DNA of 64,000 bases, taken from positions 180,472 to 244,471 of the forward strand of contig JACRJU010000013.1 in assembly GCA_016219925.1 (NCBI GenBank). Reading direction: 5' to 3'. Positions 1 to 9,406 of this stretch are shown here, in pieces (positions within the stretch are counted from its first letter, which is position 1; the number at the start of each line of letters is the position of its first letter). This DNA comes from Candidatus Uhrbacteria bacterium (GTDB lineage: Bacteria > Patescibacteriota > Patescibacteriia > UBA9934 > GWF2-40-263). The notes beneath the pieces were generated by a model. It was not told the DNA's origin. It saw only the letters and a list, made by a program, of their open reading frames with translations, and searched no databases. Made by a program: the position numbers and the translations under genes.

Positions 1-472
1 TCACATTGTCAGATTGATCGAAGACGGTCACGATCTTGCGCTTGTGACCGATGCTGGGACGCCGGGAATTAGTGATCCAGGCGGCCAGCTTGTTGAAGCG
101 TTGGTGAAGCGTTTTGGTGGCTCGCTTGCGATCGTTCCTATTCCGGGACCGAGCGCGCTTATCTGTGCACTCAGCGCATCGGGAATGCCCGCGGATAAAT
201 TTGTCTTTTTGGGTTTCCCGCCGATAAAAAATGGCCGGCAAAAATTTTTTGACCATCTTGCCGATTTTGATCTCACGATCGTTTTTTACGAGAGTACGCA
301 TCGTATTTTGAAAACCCTCGGCGAACTCGACAAACGGTTTCCGGACCGAAAAGTGGTCGTGTGCCGCGAGCTGACGAAACTCCACGAAACCATTTATCGC
401 GGCACCGCCGCTGAAGTGACAAAACAACTCGGCTCGACTAGTATAAAAGGCGAGTTTGTGGTCGTCCTCTAA
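1..472 (+). CDS. rsmI: 16S rRNA (cytidine-2'-O)-methyltransferase, 5'-truncated by the window edge
   Basis: Motifs LVTDAGTPGISDPG, PGPSA, FYESTHR and CRELTKLHE. Confidence 0.95.
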   Translation, partial: HIVRLIEDGHDLALVTDAGTPGISDPGGQLVEALVKRFGGSLAIVPIPGPSALICALSASGMPADKFVFLGFPPIKNGRQKFFDHLADFDLTIVFYESTHRILKTLGELDKRFPDRKVVVCRELTKLHETIYRGTAAEVTKQLGSTSIKGEFVVVL

Positions 473-474
473 AT

Positions 475-1914
475 ATGCCCCGCTCTTACATCACCACCAC
501 TCTTCCATACGTCAACGCCAAACCGCACATTGGTTTTGCGCTTGAGATCGTGCAAGCGGATGTGCTCGCGCGTTATCATCGCGCCAAAGGCGATGAAGTG
601 ATTTTCAATACCGGCACAGACGAGCATGGGCAGAAGATTTATGAAAAGGCGATAGCAGAAGGGAAGGAGCCACAGGCGTATGTAGATGAATATGCGGCGA
701 AATTTGATGCCCTGCGCGAGGCGCTCAATTTAAGCTATACCCATTTTATCCGGACGACCGATGCTCATCATGTCGCCGCCGCGCAGGAATTTTGGCGTCG
801 TTGTTTCGAAAATGGCGATATCTATAAAGATCGATACCAAGTGAAATACTGTGTGGGATGTGAGCTCGAGAAAACGGATTCTGAACTGGATAACGGCCAT
901 TGTCCCGTGCATCCCAACCTTGAACTCGAAGCGCGCGATGAGAACAATTATTTTTTTCGGTTTTCAAAGTATCAGCAACCTTTGCTTGATCTGTACACAG
1001 CACGTCCAGATTTTGTGATGCCGGACTTTCGTCTTCAAGAGATTCGAAACTTTGTCGAGTCCGGATTGAAAGATTTCAGCATCTCGCGCCAGAAGAATAA
1101 AATGCCTTGGGGAGTGCCGGTGCCAGACGACGATGAGCAAGTGATGTACGTATGGTTTGATGCGCTCGTCAATTACATCTCAACACTCGGTTGGCCGAAA
1201 TCCGACAGGGATTTTGAAACATTCTGGCCGGGCGTGCAAGTCGCAGGCAAAGACAATTTGCGCCAACAATCTGCCATGTGGCAGGCGATGCTGTTTTCCG
1301 CTGGTCTGCCGCCATCGAAGCAGATATTTATTCACGGCTTCATCACTTCAGGCGGCCAAAAAATGAGTAAGAGTTTGGGCAACGTCGTGGATCCGTTTGA
1401 TGAAGTCAGCGAGTTCGGTACGGATGCCGTGCGTTATTATTTGTTGCGCGAGATTCCTTCCGGTGATGACGGCGACTTTTCGCGTGCACGCATGGAGGAA
1501 CGTTACAGCGAACTGGCCAATCAACTTGGAAATTTGGTTGGGCGCGTTGCCGCGATGGCGGAAAAATATTTTGATGGCGCCCTTGAGGTGTCCACGAACG
1601 ATTGGAGGGCACGAGAAGAACAATTGGCGCAAGCCATAAAGTCGTATGATTTTAAGCGCTACTTTGATATCGTTTTTGAGGTCATCTCCGAAGCCAACGA
1701 ACTGACCGATAAAAAAGCGCCGTTCAAATTAGTGAAAGAAGATGAGGCCGCGGCAAAAGTCGTTCTCTCAGAACTGGCAGATCAGATCCGCTTTATCGGT
1801 CGTGCGCTCGGACCTGTTCTTCCACACACCTCCGCGGAAATTTTGCGTCGGTATGGTACAGTAGTCACAGCGGACGAGCCGTTGTTCCCGCGTCGAGATC
1901 TTTCGGCTTCCTAA
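475..1914 (+). CDS. metG: Methionyl-tRNA synthetase, short form without the C-terminal tRNA-binding domain
   Basis: YVNAKPHIGF (HIGH), GTDEHG, YVWFDAL and KMSKS motifs. Confidence 0.97.
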   Translation: MPRSYITTTLPYVNAKPHIGFALEIVQADVLARYHRAKGDEVIFNTGTDEHGQKIYEKAIAEGKEPQAYVDEYAAKFDALREALNLSYTHFIRTTDAHHVAAAQEFWRRCFENGDIYKDRYQVKYCVGCELEKTDSELDNGHCPVHPNLELEARDENNYFFRFSKYQQPLLDLYTARPDFVMPDFRLQEIRNFVESGLKDFSISRQKNKMPWGVPVPDDDEQVMYVWFDALVNYISTLGWPKSDRDFETFWPGVQVAGKDNLRQQSAMWQAMLFSAGLPPSKQIFIHGFITSGGQKMSKSLGNVVDPFDEVSEFGTDAVRYYLLREIPSGDDGDFSRARMEERYSELANQLGNLVGRVAAMAEKYFDGALEVSTNDWRAREEQLAQAIKSYDFKRYFDIVFEVISEANELTDKKAPFKLVKEDEAAAKVVLSELADQIRFIGRALGPVLPHTSAEILRRYGTVVTADEPLFPRRDLSAS

Positions 1915-1920
1915 CAGGCT

Positions 1921-2427
1921 ATGACGTTTATTGATCTTCTTCTCATTGTCATCATTCTTGCGTTTGTCTTTTTTGGATTGTTTTTTGGCTTGTTGCACAC
2001 GCTTGGGAGTCTCTTTGCCACCATTATTTCGGTCATCATCGCCTCTCATTTCGTCAATCCCGCTTTTGACACTTTCGGTTTTATGCTCGGTGGCGGCCAA
2101 ACCGCCAAGGTCATCACGTTCATTTTTTTATTTTTTATCACCTCGCGCCTTTTGGCACTCCTCATGAAATTTTTCGGGGGGGTTTTTTATTGGTTCACCT
2201 ACATTCCGTTTGCCAACACGTTTAATCGATTGTTGGGCGGTTTGTTTGGACTCCTTGAGGGGGTGATCGTTGTGGGTGTGATTATTTTTTATGCCATGCA
2301 GATTTTGCCGGACGACACCTTGTTGCACGCTTTGCAAGGATCATTGTTGGCGAAATATTTGGTAGCGATCATGAGTGCACTTCAGGTGTTTTTCCCGGAG
2401 ACTCTCAAGACGCGGGTGAAAGCGTGA
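1921..2427 (+). CDS. cvpA: CvpA family membrane protein
   Basis: Four hydrophobic segments, N-terminal IDLLLI, NRLLGGLFGLLEG signature. Confidence 0.8.
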   Translation: MTFIDLLLIVIILAFVFFGLFFGLLHTLGSLFATIISVIIASHFVNPAFDTFGFMLGGGQTAKVITFIFLFFITSRLLALLMKFFGGVFYWFTYIPFANTFNRLLGGLFGLLEGVIVVGVIIFYAMQILPDDTLLHALQGSLLAKYLVAIMSALQVFFPETLKTRVKA

Positions 2428-2450
2428 CAGACGCTGTCTGCTAACGGTTT

Positions 2451-2541
2451 GGGTGTGGAGAGATCGATGGGACGACTTTTGTTGACTCAACACCGGCTAC
2501 GCGTCAAAAAAGTGTCCCATAACGATCTCTTCAACCGTTGG
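2451..2541. repeat. Hairpin repeat family C, copy 1 (91 bp)
   Basis: Identical to 2580-2670; internal inverted arms AGAGATCG/CGATCTCT, ATGGGAC/GTCCCAT, ACTTTT/AAAAGT, TTGAC/GTCAA. Confidence 0.95.
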
Positions 2542-2579
2542 GGTTATCAGACGTCTGTACGCTGAAGAGAAAAGATATA

Positions 2580-2670
2580 GGGTGTGGAGAGATCGATGGG
2601 ACGACTTTTGTTGACTCAACACCGGCTACGCGTCAAAAAAGTGTCCCATAACGATCTCTTCAACCGTTGG
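2580..2670. repeat. Hairpin repeat family C, copy 2
   Basis: Direct repeat of 2451-2541 with a period of 129 bp. Confidence 0.95.
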
Positions 2671-2680
2671 CGATATTGTC

Positions 2681-2753
2681 TTGTGGTTTATGCCATGTCT
2701 TTGGGCCAGCGGACTCCTCGCCGCTGTTCCCTCCGACATGGCATAAACCGCAA
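2681..2753 (+). repeat. Hairpin repeat family A, copy 1
   Basis: TTGTGGTTTATGCCATGTC...GACATGGCATAAACCGCAA stem around the conserved core GGGCCAGCGGACTCCTCGCCGCTGTTCCCTCC. Confidence 0.95.
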
Positions 2754-2793
2754 AAAGACGTCTGTACGCTAAAGAGAAAGGATTATTTTGCGA

Positions 2794-2836
2794 ACTCTTC
2801 GCCGCTGTTCCCTCCGACAGGGCATCAACCGAAAAA
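2794..2836 (+). repeat. Family A, degenerate 3' half-copy
   Basis: ACTCTTCGCCGCTGTTCCCTCCGACAGGGCATCAACCG matches the right half of 2681-2753. Confidence 0.85.
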
Positions 2837-2850
2837 GATTGACAGCATAT

Positions 2851-3750
2851 ATGCTCATCGATACACATTGCCACGTGCATTTTAACGCTTACAAAGACGA
2901 CATGGACGCGGTGATCCGCCGAACCCTTGACAAAGGGGTTTTTATGATCACGGTCGGCACACAAAGAGATACGAGCGCAAACGGATTGAAAGTTGCCGAA
3001 CTCTACGATGGATTGTGGGCAAGCGTTGGCCTGCATCCAAACCATCTCACCCGACAAGAGTTTTGGGATGATGATGAACTTCCGCCGCAGGCGCAAGCAA
3101 CGCCGCTTATCAAAACACGAGCCGAAGTGTTTGATCCCGCCTATTATCTCAAGCTGGCGCAACATCCGAAGTGTGTGGCTATCGGCGAATGCGGCCTGGA
3201 TTATTATCGGATCCCCGAAGGGGTTGATAGAGAAGACGTAAAGCGCGTGCAAGAAGCGGCTGTGCGCGGACAGTTCGATGTGGCCACGCAAGCGAATCTT
3301 CCCGTGATTGTGCATTGCCGCGATGCACACGCGACGCAGGCCGACCTTATTGAAGAGTTTGTGAAAGAGGGAAAACTGGCGCGGCGGGGTGTGGTGCATT
3401 GTTTTACGGGAACGATTGAGGAAGCACAGCGATATTTGAATTTAGGATTTTATATTTCGTTTACGGGAATCATCACCTTTCCTGCGCGAAAAGGAGAAGC
3501 AGATGGTGACGGGTTGAGCGCGCTTCATCGAGTGGTGCGCGAGATGCCGCTTGAGCGTATGCTTATTGAAACGGACGCGCCGTATCTGACGCCAATCCCG
3601 CATCGTGGCGAACGTAACGAACCGTGGTATGTGGAGTTTGTGGCACAGAAGGTTGCGGAGCTCAAAGGGATTTCGTTCGATAAGGTCGCTGAGCAGACAA
3701 CAGAGAATGCGAGGAAATTATTTGGGATAATTGAATCTTTCTTGCAATGA
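2851..3750 (+). CDS. tatD: TatD family deoxyribonuclease
   Basis: IDTHCH, GLHP, AIGECGLDY, HCR, HCF and ETDAPYL motifs. Confidence 0.95.
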   Translation: MLIDTHCHVHFNAYKDDMDAVIRRTLDKGVFMITVGTQRDTSANGLKVAELYDGLWASVGLHPNHLTRQEFWDDDELPPQAQATPLIKTRAEVFDPAYYLKLAQHPKCVAIGECGLDYYRIPEGVDREDVKRVQEAAVRGQFDVATQANLPVIVHCRDAHATQADLIEEFVKEGKLARRGVVHCFTGTIEEAQRYLNLGFYISFTGIITFPARKGEADGDGLSALHRVVREMPLERMLIETDAPYLTPIPHRGERNEPWYVEFVAQKVAELKGISFDKVAEQTTENARKLFGIIESFLQ

Positions 3751-3754
3751 TAGC

Positions 3755-3790
3755 AAAAGAAAAACGCCTGCGAGAGTTTCGCACGGCGTT
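3755..3790 (-). terminator. Intrinsic terminator between convergent tatD and the GC-rich orphan
   Basis: AACGCC-TGCGA..TCGCA-GGCGTT hairpin with a T-rich tail on the minus strand. Confidence 0.7.
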
Positions 3791-3804
3791 GGTTGAGGTA
3801 GGGG

Positions 3805-4677
3805 CTACCAGTAGCGCCGACGGAACTCCGTCGCGTCATGGTGGTTCAGGCCCGTGTTGAGGTCGGCGATGAGCAGGCCCATCAGCTGACCGAACAGGAC
3901 CATCTGCGGTCCGTTCTGTCCGCTCTTGAAAGCTTTGACCAGATCGATCGCCCGCGCGAGCTTGACGCGCGCGGCTTCCTTGGCGACGACATCGCCGTTG
4001 CGGAATGCGCGGTGTGCCTCGATGATCGCGTCGCGGTTCGACGGCCAGTTCGAGTCATGGTTCACGATCTCGCGCAGGCCGATCGTGATGGGATCCGACG
4101 CCCGAGCAGGGGGGGTCAGTGGCGGTTCGCGTCGATCCTCATCTCGAGGCTTTCCGTCGCGTCGGTCGTCCCGACGCGGTTGCTCGCTCGTGGGCTGGCG
4201 CTGTCCTGATGGAGCCGTTGCTCCTGGCGCGGTGCGCGGAGCTTGTACCACAGGAGCGCGCGGCGCGCTCTGCGAAGGGGGAAGCAGCACGGTACGCGCC
4301 CCGCCTCCGCTTGGAGCCGCAACTGCCGCCGCAACGAGATCGTCGAAGTTCGTCACACTCGCTGCGGGTTCTTCGACCGCTTCGACCGGGAGAGCTTCTA
4401 CGATCACCGGCTTGGCGACGTCGACGGTGACCTTGGCCTCCAGCTTGGCCGCGTAGGCCGCCAAGAGGACTTTGGCTGAACCGTCCGTCAGGCCTTCAGC
4501 GTAGAAGGTGGGCCTGCGAGTGAACTCGCCGACGTTGTCGATGGTGTTAGGGTTCAGACCCCCAGCCTCGTCGTTGGTGGGCTCGGGGCTGTCCCCGAGG
4601 GCTTCGACAGCCTCCTGCGAGGCCGTCGCGTCAGGGTTGGGCCCGAAGAGGGCCTCAAAGGCTTCGTTTCTGGTCAA
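3805..4677 (-). CDS. GC-rich orphan protein (~290 aa) with a Pro/Ala/Arg-rich low-complexity middle
   Basis: Open frame with G/C-ending codons; AGGAGG 6 nt before TTG at 4677; own promoter and terminator. Confidence 0.75.
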   Translation of the reverse strand: MTRNEAFEALFGPNPDATASQEAVEALGDSPEPTNDEAGGLNPNTIDNVGEFTRRPTFYAEGLTDGSAKVLLAAYAAKLEAKVTVDVAKPVIVEALPVEAVEEPAASVTNFDDLVAAAVAAPSGGGARTVLLPPSQSAPRAPVVQAPRTAPGATAPSGQRQPTSEQPRRDDRRDGKPRDEDRREPPLTPPARASDPITIGLREIVNHDSNWPSNRDAIIEAHRAFRNGDVVAKEAARVKLARAIDLVKAFKSGQNGPQMVLFGQLMGLLIADLNTGLNHHDATEFRRRYW

Positions 4678-4718
4678 GGGCCACCTCCTGATTAAGGGTT
4701 GTCCAGTCGAAGGAAGCG

Positions 4719-4797
4719 AATTTATCACAAAAACTCTTATTTGTCAATAAAAAATGACAAGCGAAAGCTTGACATTTTTAGGGAAATCAGCTAATAT
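4719..4797. promoter_or_regulatory. Back-to-back divergent sigma70 promoters
   Basis: Minus strand TTGACA(4747-4742)-17-TAAATT with extended TG; plus strand TTGACA(4769-4774)-17-TAATAT(4792-4797). Confidence 0.8.
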
Positions 4798-4905
4798 CGT
4801 CCCTCACGTTCGTGTCGTTTTCAACGATTCGAACATGGGGAAAGTTTCTCAACCCGCCGCTAAGCGCGGCCAAAACGCCGCGTGAGCGGCAAGGAAGGAG
4901 GCCAG

Positions 4906-6537
4906 ATGGCCACGCAGCAGTCCCAGTCCGATACCGGTGCCTTCGGCACCGACGACGTCATCGAGCGCCTGGGCGTTCGCGTGCTCGAAGAGGGCGAGAG
5001 CCCTGCCTCCGGCACGACCGCCTTGGTGCAGTTCCGGGCCGCCCCGACCCTCAAGGCGATCGGGCGCGACCTCGCCCGCGTCGCGGCCACGACCTCCATG
5101 GGCAACCGGGAGGGCGCCCGCCGCCGGTGGCTGGACCGCATGGTCATGGTCTCCGGCCCGGATGGCAAGCCCTCGGACGTCCCGCTCTTTGTGAGCGTGA
5201 CCTTCACGGGCAAGCTCGTGACGGTCAAGGGCGTTCAGGACGTGGGGGTGAGCGCGGAGATGGAGCTCCCCGGCCTCGGCCGCGTGGAGATCCAGCCGCT
5301 CTTCACCGTCGGGATCGAGTACGTCGCCGTCAAGGAAGGCGTGCTCGTGCCCACGCGCTCCTTCACCGGCGCCCTGTTCGCCCCGAAGAGTGGCAAGGGT
5401 CCCGGCAAGTTCGTGCCCATCGACTTGGCCGACCCCCAGCTCATCGCGCGCTGGAACGGCATCGTCGAGCAGGGCAAGGCGCTCAACACCGACCACGGCA
5501 AGTGGCCGACGATCCCGGTCCTCGAGACCAAGATCGGCCGGCCCGGGCAGATGATCATCCCCTTCGCGCCCCGCTACCAGGTCAAGGAGACCTTCAACGA
5601 GCGCGGGCGTGACGGCAAGGAGCGCCAGAAGTCGATCTGGGTCATCGGGACCCGGTTCGGCAAGAAAGTGATCCTGGAAAGCCGGTCGCAGGCCCCGGCG
5701 GTCATCGACGCCAGCTCGGCAAAGCCGTTCGGCGATCTCGAGTTCGTCGTCCGTGAGGGCGAGAACTCCCTGATCGTCGTCCTGCGCGGCCGGCCCGGGC
5801 AGACGCCCCTGCCGGAGTCCATGGCGACCATCGAGCAGGCGAGCGACGGGGTGGACCCGTTCGCCGTCCTCAATCTGGACGTCATGCGCTACGAGCCCGG
5901 CCGGGCGCACACCTTCGTGGAGCGGTGCATGCAGCTTCCGCTCAACTCCGCCAATCCGCTCTACAAGAGCGCGATCAACCTCGGGCTCATCGTCGCGGGC
6001 CAGTCCACGGCGGTCGTGAGCAACCAGCTCCAGGCGCTGGCTGACGAGGCCCAGCGCAAGGCCAGGGAGTTCTGGGACGCAGCCATGAAGGCGACGTGGG
6101 AGGCCTTCAGGGTCTACACGTTGCCGGAGATCGGCGACTGCCTGCAGGGCAAGCCCCTGGGGCAGGTCATCGACCGGCTCAACCCTGAGGACGCGGCCGC
6201 GGCGTGGATCACCAGCCACGTCGAGGGCGAGTACTCGCACACGAGCCCGTTTCACCGGGTCCTGCGCGAGCGCGTCCTGCGTGCCGTCGCCCGCAAGGCC
6301 GGCTACCGCGACCCGGCCCCCGAAGGCCCCGCGGCCGACGAGCAGGCCAAGCCCGCCAAGTCCGAGGCCCCGCAGAACAGCGGGACCAACGGCGCGACCA
6401 GCCCCGTCGCCGCGGACACCGCCGAGGCCCCCAAGCCGAAGCGGACCCCGCGCAAGCCGACCAAGGGCGCCAAGCCCAAGGCCGCCGCGCGCAAGACCGC
6501 CAAGCCCAAGGGCTCCCAGCCCGCACTGCGGCAGTGA
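4906..6537 (+). CDS. GC-rich orphan protein (~543 aa) with a Lys/Ala/Pro-rich histone-H1-like tail
   Basis: AAGGAGG SD before ATG; almost all codons end in G/C; tail KPKRTPRKPTKGAKPKAAARKTAKPK. Confidence 0.85.
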   Translation: MATQQSQSDTGAFGTDDVIERLGVRVLEEGESPASGTTALVQFRAAPTLKAIGRDLARVAATTSMGNREGARRRWLDRMVMVSGPDGKPSDVPLFVSVTFTGKLVTVKGVQDVGVSAEMELPGLGRVEIQPLFTVGIEYVAVKEGVLVPTRSFTGALFAPKSGKGPGKFVPIDLADPQLIARWNGIVEQGKALNTDHGKWPTIPVLETKIGRPGQMIIPFAPRYQVKETFNERGRDGKERQKSIWVIGTRFGKKVILESRSQAPAVIDASSAKPFGDLEFVVREGENSLIVVLRGRPGQTPLPESMATIEQASDGVDPFAVLNLDVMRYEPGRAHTFVERCMQLPLNSANPLYKSAINLGLIVAGQSTAVVSNQLQALADEAQRKAREFWDAAMKATWEAFRVYTLPEIGDCLQGKPLGQVIDRLNPEDAAAAWITSHVEGEYSHTSPFHRVLRERVLRAVARKAGYRDPAPEGPAADEQAKPAKSEAPQNSGTNGATSPVAADTAEAPKPKRTPRKPTKGAKPKAAARKTAKPKGSQPALRQ

Positions 6538-6566
6538 TTCCCTCCGGATCCTGCCGCTCTTTTTTT
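6528..6566 (+). terminator. Intrinsic terminator overlapping the stop codon
   Basis: GCGGCAG...CTGCCGC stem followed by TCTTTTTTT. Confidence 0.75.
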
Positions 6567-6600
6567 ATTGTAGCGTGATAGATACAGATGACAGATCAGT

Positions 6601-6738
6601 CAGTGGGGGCCCGGCTGGCCATTTCCCCATCCGTGCTCGCAAGCTGCGCGCGGATGGGGACCCCATGGCCGCCTCCCCACTGGCCGTGACAGCTTATCCA
6701 TTCGCAAAGCGACTCTATTGCCCGAGCTTGTCGAGGGC
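6601..6738. repeat. Hairpin repeat family B, copy 1 (138 bp)
   Basis: About 10 mismatches to 13221-13358; nested arms CAGTGGGG/CCCCACTG, GGCCAT/ATGGCC, CCCATCCG/CGGATGGG. Confidence 0.95.
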
Positions 6739-6842
6739 TGCTCTTGCAATGCGGCGTAGTCCATGCCTCCTCGACAAAATCAATCATTCATCACCGAACG
6801 AGATGGACAACGTGAAGATGAAAGGAGGAGGAACTATCCGTT

Positions 6843-6915
6843 GGTGCGATAATATGAACACAAGGGAATCCATAGGGTTCCTCCCGTGATTCCCCTGTAT
6901 TCATATCATCGCACC
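6843..6915. repeat. Single-copy long imperfect inverted repeat
   Basis: GGTGCGAT-A-ATATGAA..GGGAATC / GATTCCC..TTCATAT-C-ATCGCACC. Confidence 0.8.
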
Positions 6916-6952
6916 CCAAGGGGAAGCTGTTCCTTGATATTTTTTATCCGCA

Positions 6953-6981
6953 TTGACCTTTTTCTCTGTGCCGCGTATACT
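6953..6981 (+). promoter_or_regulatory. atp operon sigma70 promoter
   Basis: TTGACC-17-TATACT. Confidence 0.7.
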
Positions 6982-7016
6982 TTCCGCGCTTGTTGACCGT
7001 TGCGCACAAGACGCTT

Positions 7017-7262
7017 ATGAGCACCGATGCCCCTTATTACCGACTTGCGATGAAGATTTTCGTAGACTTTACCGGAACCATCGCGATCCCGGTGGTTGTC
7101 GCAGCGCTTGCAGGCAAATGGCTTGATGAGCGTTATGGCACATCGCCGTGGTCTCTCATCGGCTTGTTCGCTCTTGCGCTGATTTTTACGGGCATGACGG
7201 TCGTCAAAAAAGCGTATCGGTATCGGAAAGAATTTGAATCCATTTCACACAACGCTAAGTGA
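7017..7262 (+). CDS. atpI: AtpZ/AtpI family ATP synthase protein
   Basis: Two TM helices, GKWLDERYGTSPW signature, first gene of the atp operon. Confidence 0.8.
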   Translation: MSTDAPYYRLAMKIFVDFTGTIAIPVVVAALAGKWLDERYGTSPWSLIGLFALALIFTGMTVVKKAYRYRKEFESISHNAK

Positions 7263-7266
7263 TTGT

Positions 7267-8115
7267 ATGAGTTTCGCCATTCCTCCCGTTGCGGCTGAAC
7301 CGGTTCTCTCTATCGGAACATTTCCCATCACGAATACCATGGTGAACGCCTGGATCGCGGTTGTTTTTTTCCTGCTCATTTCTCTTGCGGTTCGTTCTCG
7401 AAAAGCGCGCGTTCCAAAAGGGTTGCAAAATATTGTGGAGTCTGTGGTGGAGTTTCTTTTGCGCGAAGTCGAAAAAGTAACAGGGGATAAAAAGAAAGCT
7501 CGGCAGTTTTTGCCGATCGTCGGCACGATCTTTCTTTTCATCCTCTTTTCTAATTGGATCGGATTGTTTCCGGGAACCGGTTCCATTGGAGTCTGGGGGA
7601 TGGTTCATGGGGAAGTGGAATTGATTCCCTTACTTCGTCCAGCCGCCAGCGATCTGAATCTCACCCTTGCGATCGCTTTGTTTGCGATCATCACCTCACA
7701 CGTCATGGCTTTGTTGTCGATCGGACCGTTAAATCACATCAGCAAATTCATCAACATCCGCGGAGTTCTGCGTTCGTTGCGCAACGGACCGATGGCTGTG
7801 ATCGTAGCGATTATCGAATTGGGTGTGGGCTTTATCGAAATCGTTGGTGAGATTGCCAAAGTGGTCTCGCTCTCGCTTCGGTTGTTTGGAAACATTTTTG
7901 CCGGCGAAGTTTTGATGACGGTTATGCTTGGATTGCTCGCCTATGTCGTGCCGATTCCGTTTATGTTTTTGGAGCTTCTGGTCGGAGCGGTTCAAGCAAC
8001 GGTTTTTGCGATGCTGACGCTTGCGTATTTGGTGGTGGCGACGGAAGATCACGGTGGCCACGAAGAAAATACTCACGGTGGCCACGAAGAAGTTCTCGTT
8101 TCAACTCATCCATAA
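7267..8115 (+). CDS. atpB: ATP synthase Fo subunit a
   Basis: PKGLQN, SLSLRLFGNIFAGE and VQATVFAML motifs. Confidence 0.97.
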   Translation: MSFAIPPVAAEPVLSIGTFPITNTMVNAWIAVVFFLLISLAVRSRKARVPKGLQNIVESVVEFLLREVEKVTGDKKKARQFLPIVGTIFLFILFSNWIGLFPGTGSIGVWGMVHGEVELIPLLRPAASDLNLTLAIALFAIITSHVMALLSIGPLNHISKFINIRGVLRSLRNGPMAVIVAIIELGVGFIEIVGEIAKVVSLSLRLFGNIFAGEVLMTVMLGLLAYVVPIPFMFLELLVGAVQATVFAMLTLAYLVVATEDHGGHEENTHGGHEEVLVSTHP

Positions 8116-8355
<240 letters not shown>

Positions 8356-8453
8356 AAGTTAGCCGCAAGTAATAGGTGGCAAGTATCAAGTCGAAAACTG
8401 ACAGACTTCTGCAGAGGTCACTTGATACTTCGGACGTGTTACTCGTTTTGCCT

Positions 8454-9008
8454 ATGTCCTCACCACAACAGACAACAGAACTTGCTCGAGGAGCCGCTCA
8501 AACCGTTGAAGCAACCGGCGGTCTTGGCATGCTCGGCATCAATGCCAAAATTCTTTTGGCTCAATTGGTCAACTTTCTTATTGTGCTTCTGGTTTTGTGG
8601 CGATGGGTATATCGGCCCATGGTGAAATTGCTTGATGAACGCAGTGCGCGCATCGAAGCCAGCATGAAGCATGCCGATGAGATTGATGCGAAAATGGCGG
8701 CGATAGAAAAAGAACAACAGCGATTGGTCGGACAAGCCAAAACAGAAGCCGCGGCCATTTTAGAATCCTCTCGACAAGATGCTGAACGTCGAAAAAAAGA
8801 AATGATTGATGCGGCGAAGCAGGAGGTGCAGAGTGTTGTCGCTCAAGGAAAGGATCAGCTTCAAGCGCAAAAACACCAGATGATTCACGAGGCAAAAGAG
8901 GAGATTGTGGAGATCGCCATTCAGGCGGCCCAGAAAGTTTTACAGGAACAGATTGATGAGAAAATCTCTCATAAACTTTCCGAGCGTGTGATCAAACAAC
9001 TTTCTTAA
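8454..9008 (+). CDS. atpF: ATP synthase Fo subunit b
   Basis: AQLVNFLI TM segment followed by a coiled coil; operon position. Confidence 0.95.
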   Translation: MSSPQQTTELARGAAQTVEATGGLGMLGINAKILLAQLVNFLIVLLVLWRWVYRPMVKLLDERSARIEASMKHADEIDAKMAAIEKEQQRLVGQAKTEAAAILESSRQDAERRKKEMIDAAKQEVQSVVAQGKDQLQAQKHQMIHEAKEEIVEIAIQAAQKVLQEQIDEKISHKLSERVIKQLS

Positions 9009-9011
9009 GGT

Positions 9012-9395
9012 ATGCGCGATATCCTTATTCAACTCGCCAGCGAGCTTGTGGAACGGCTGGAGAAAAAAACGGCTGATGCCGATCAGGTTGCGGATGCCGT
9101 CATTCGGTTGTTGGCACAGCGTGGTCAGCTCTCCTTGGTTCGCGAACTTCCCGAAGCCATCGAGCGCGTGTGGAAAGAGCGATATGGGGCGGCAACGATT
9201 TCCGTTCAAAGCGCCCATCCGCTCACCGCGGCCCTGCGCAAGCAAATCGAGGCACTTGCTCCGGGGGCGGAACTGCGCGAAACCGTTGATACTAAATTGA
9301 TCGGGGGAATGCGCCTGCGCATTGACGATCGCATCATTGATGGATCTATCGCCGGTCATCTTGATCAACTACGCACGCAGTGGAAAGCGAGCTAA
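9012..9395 (+). CDS. atpH: ATP synthase F1 subunit delta (short)
   Basis: SAHPL and [18 protein letters not shown] motifs. Confidence 0.93.
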   Translation: MRDILIQLASELVERLEKKTADADQVADAVIRLLAQRGQLSLVRELPEAIERVWKERYGAATISVQSAHPLTAALRKQIEALAPGAELRETVDTKLIGGMRLRIDDRIIDGSIAGHLDQLRTQWKAS

Positions 9396-9406
9396 TGTTC
9401 AATCCT

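Noticed and set aside
2451-2840. CRISPR array
   Set aside because: Only two copies of each unit, 91-bp units are too long, the intervals between the 28-bp linkers are repeats rather than unique spacers, and no cas genes are present
4812-6889. Long alternative-frame and antisense ORFs (4849-6255, 4812-5612, 6281-6889)
   Set aside because: Shadow ORFs expected from GC3-rich coding; no SD or promoter and Arg/Pro-biased translations
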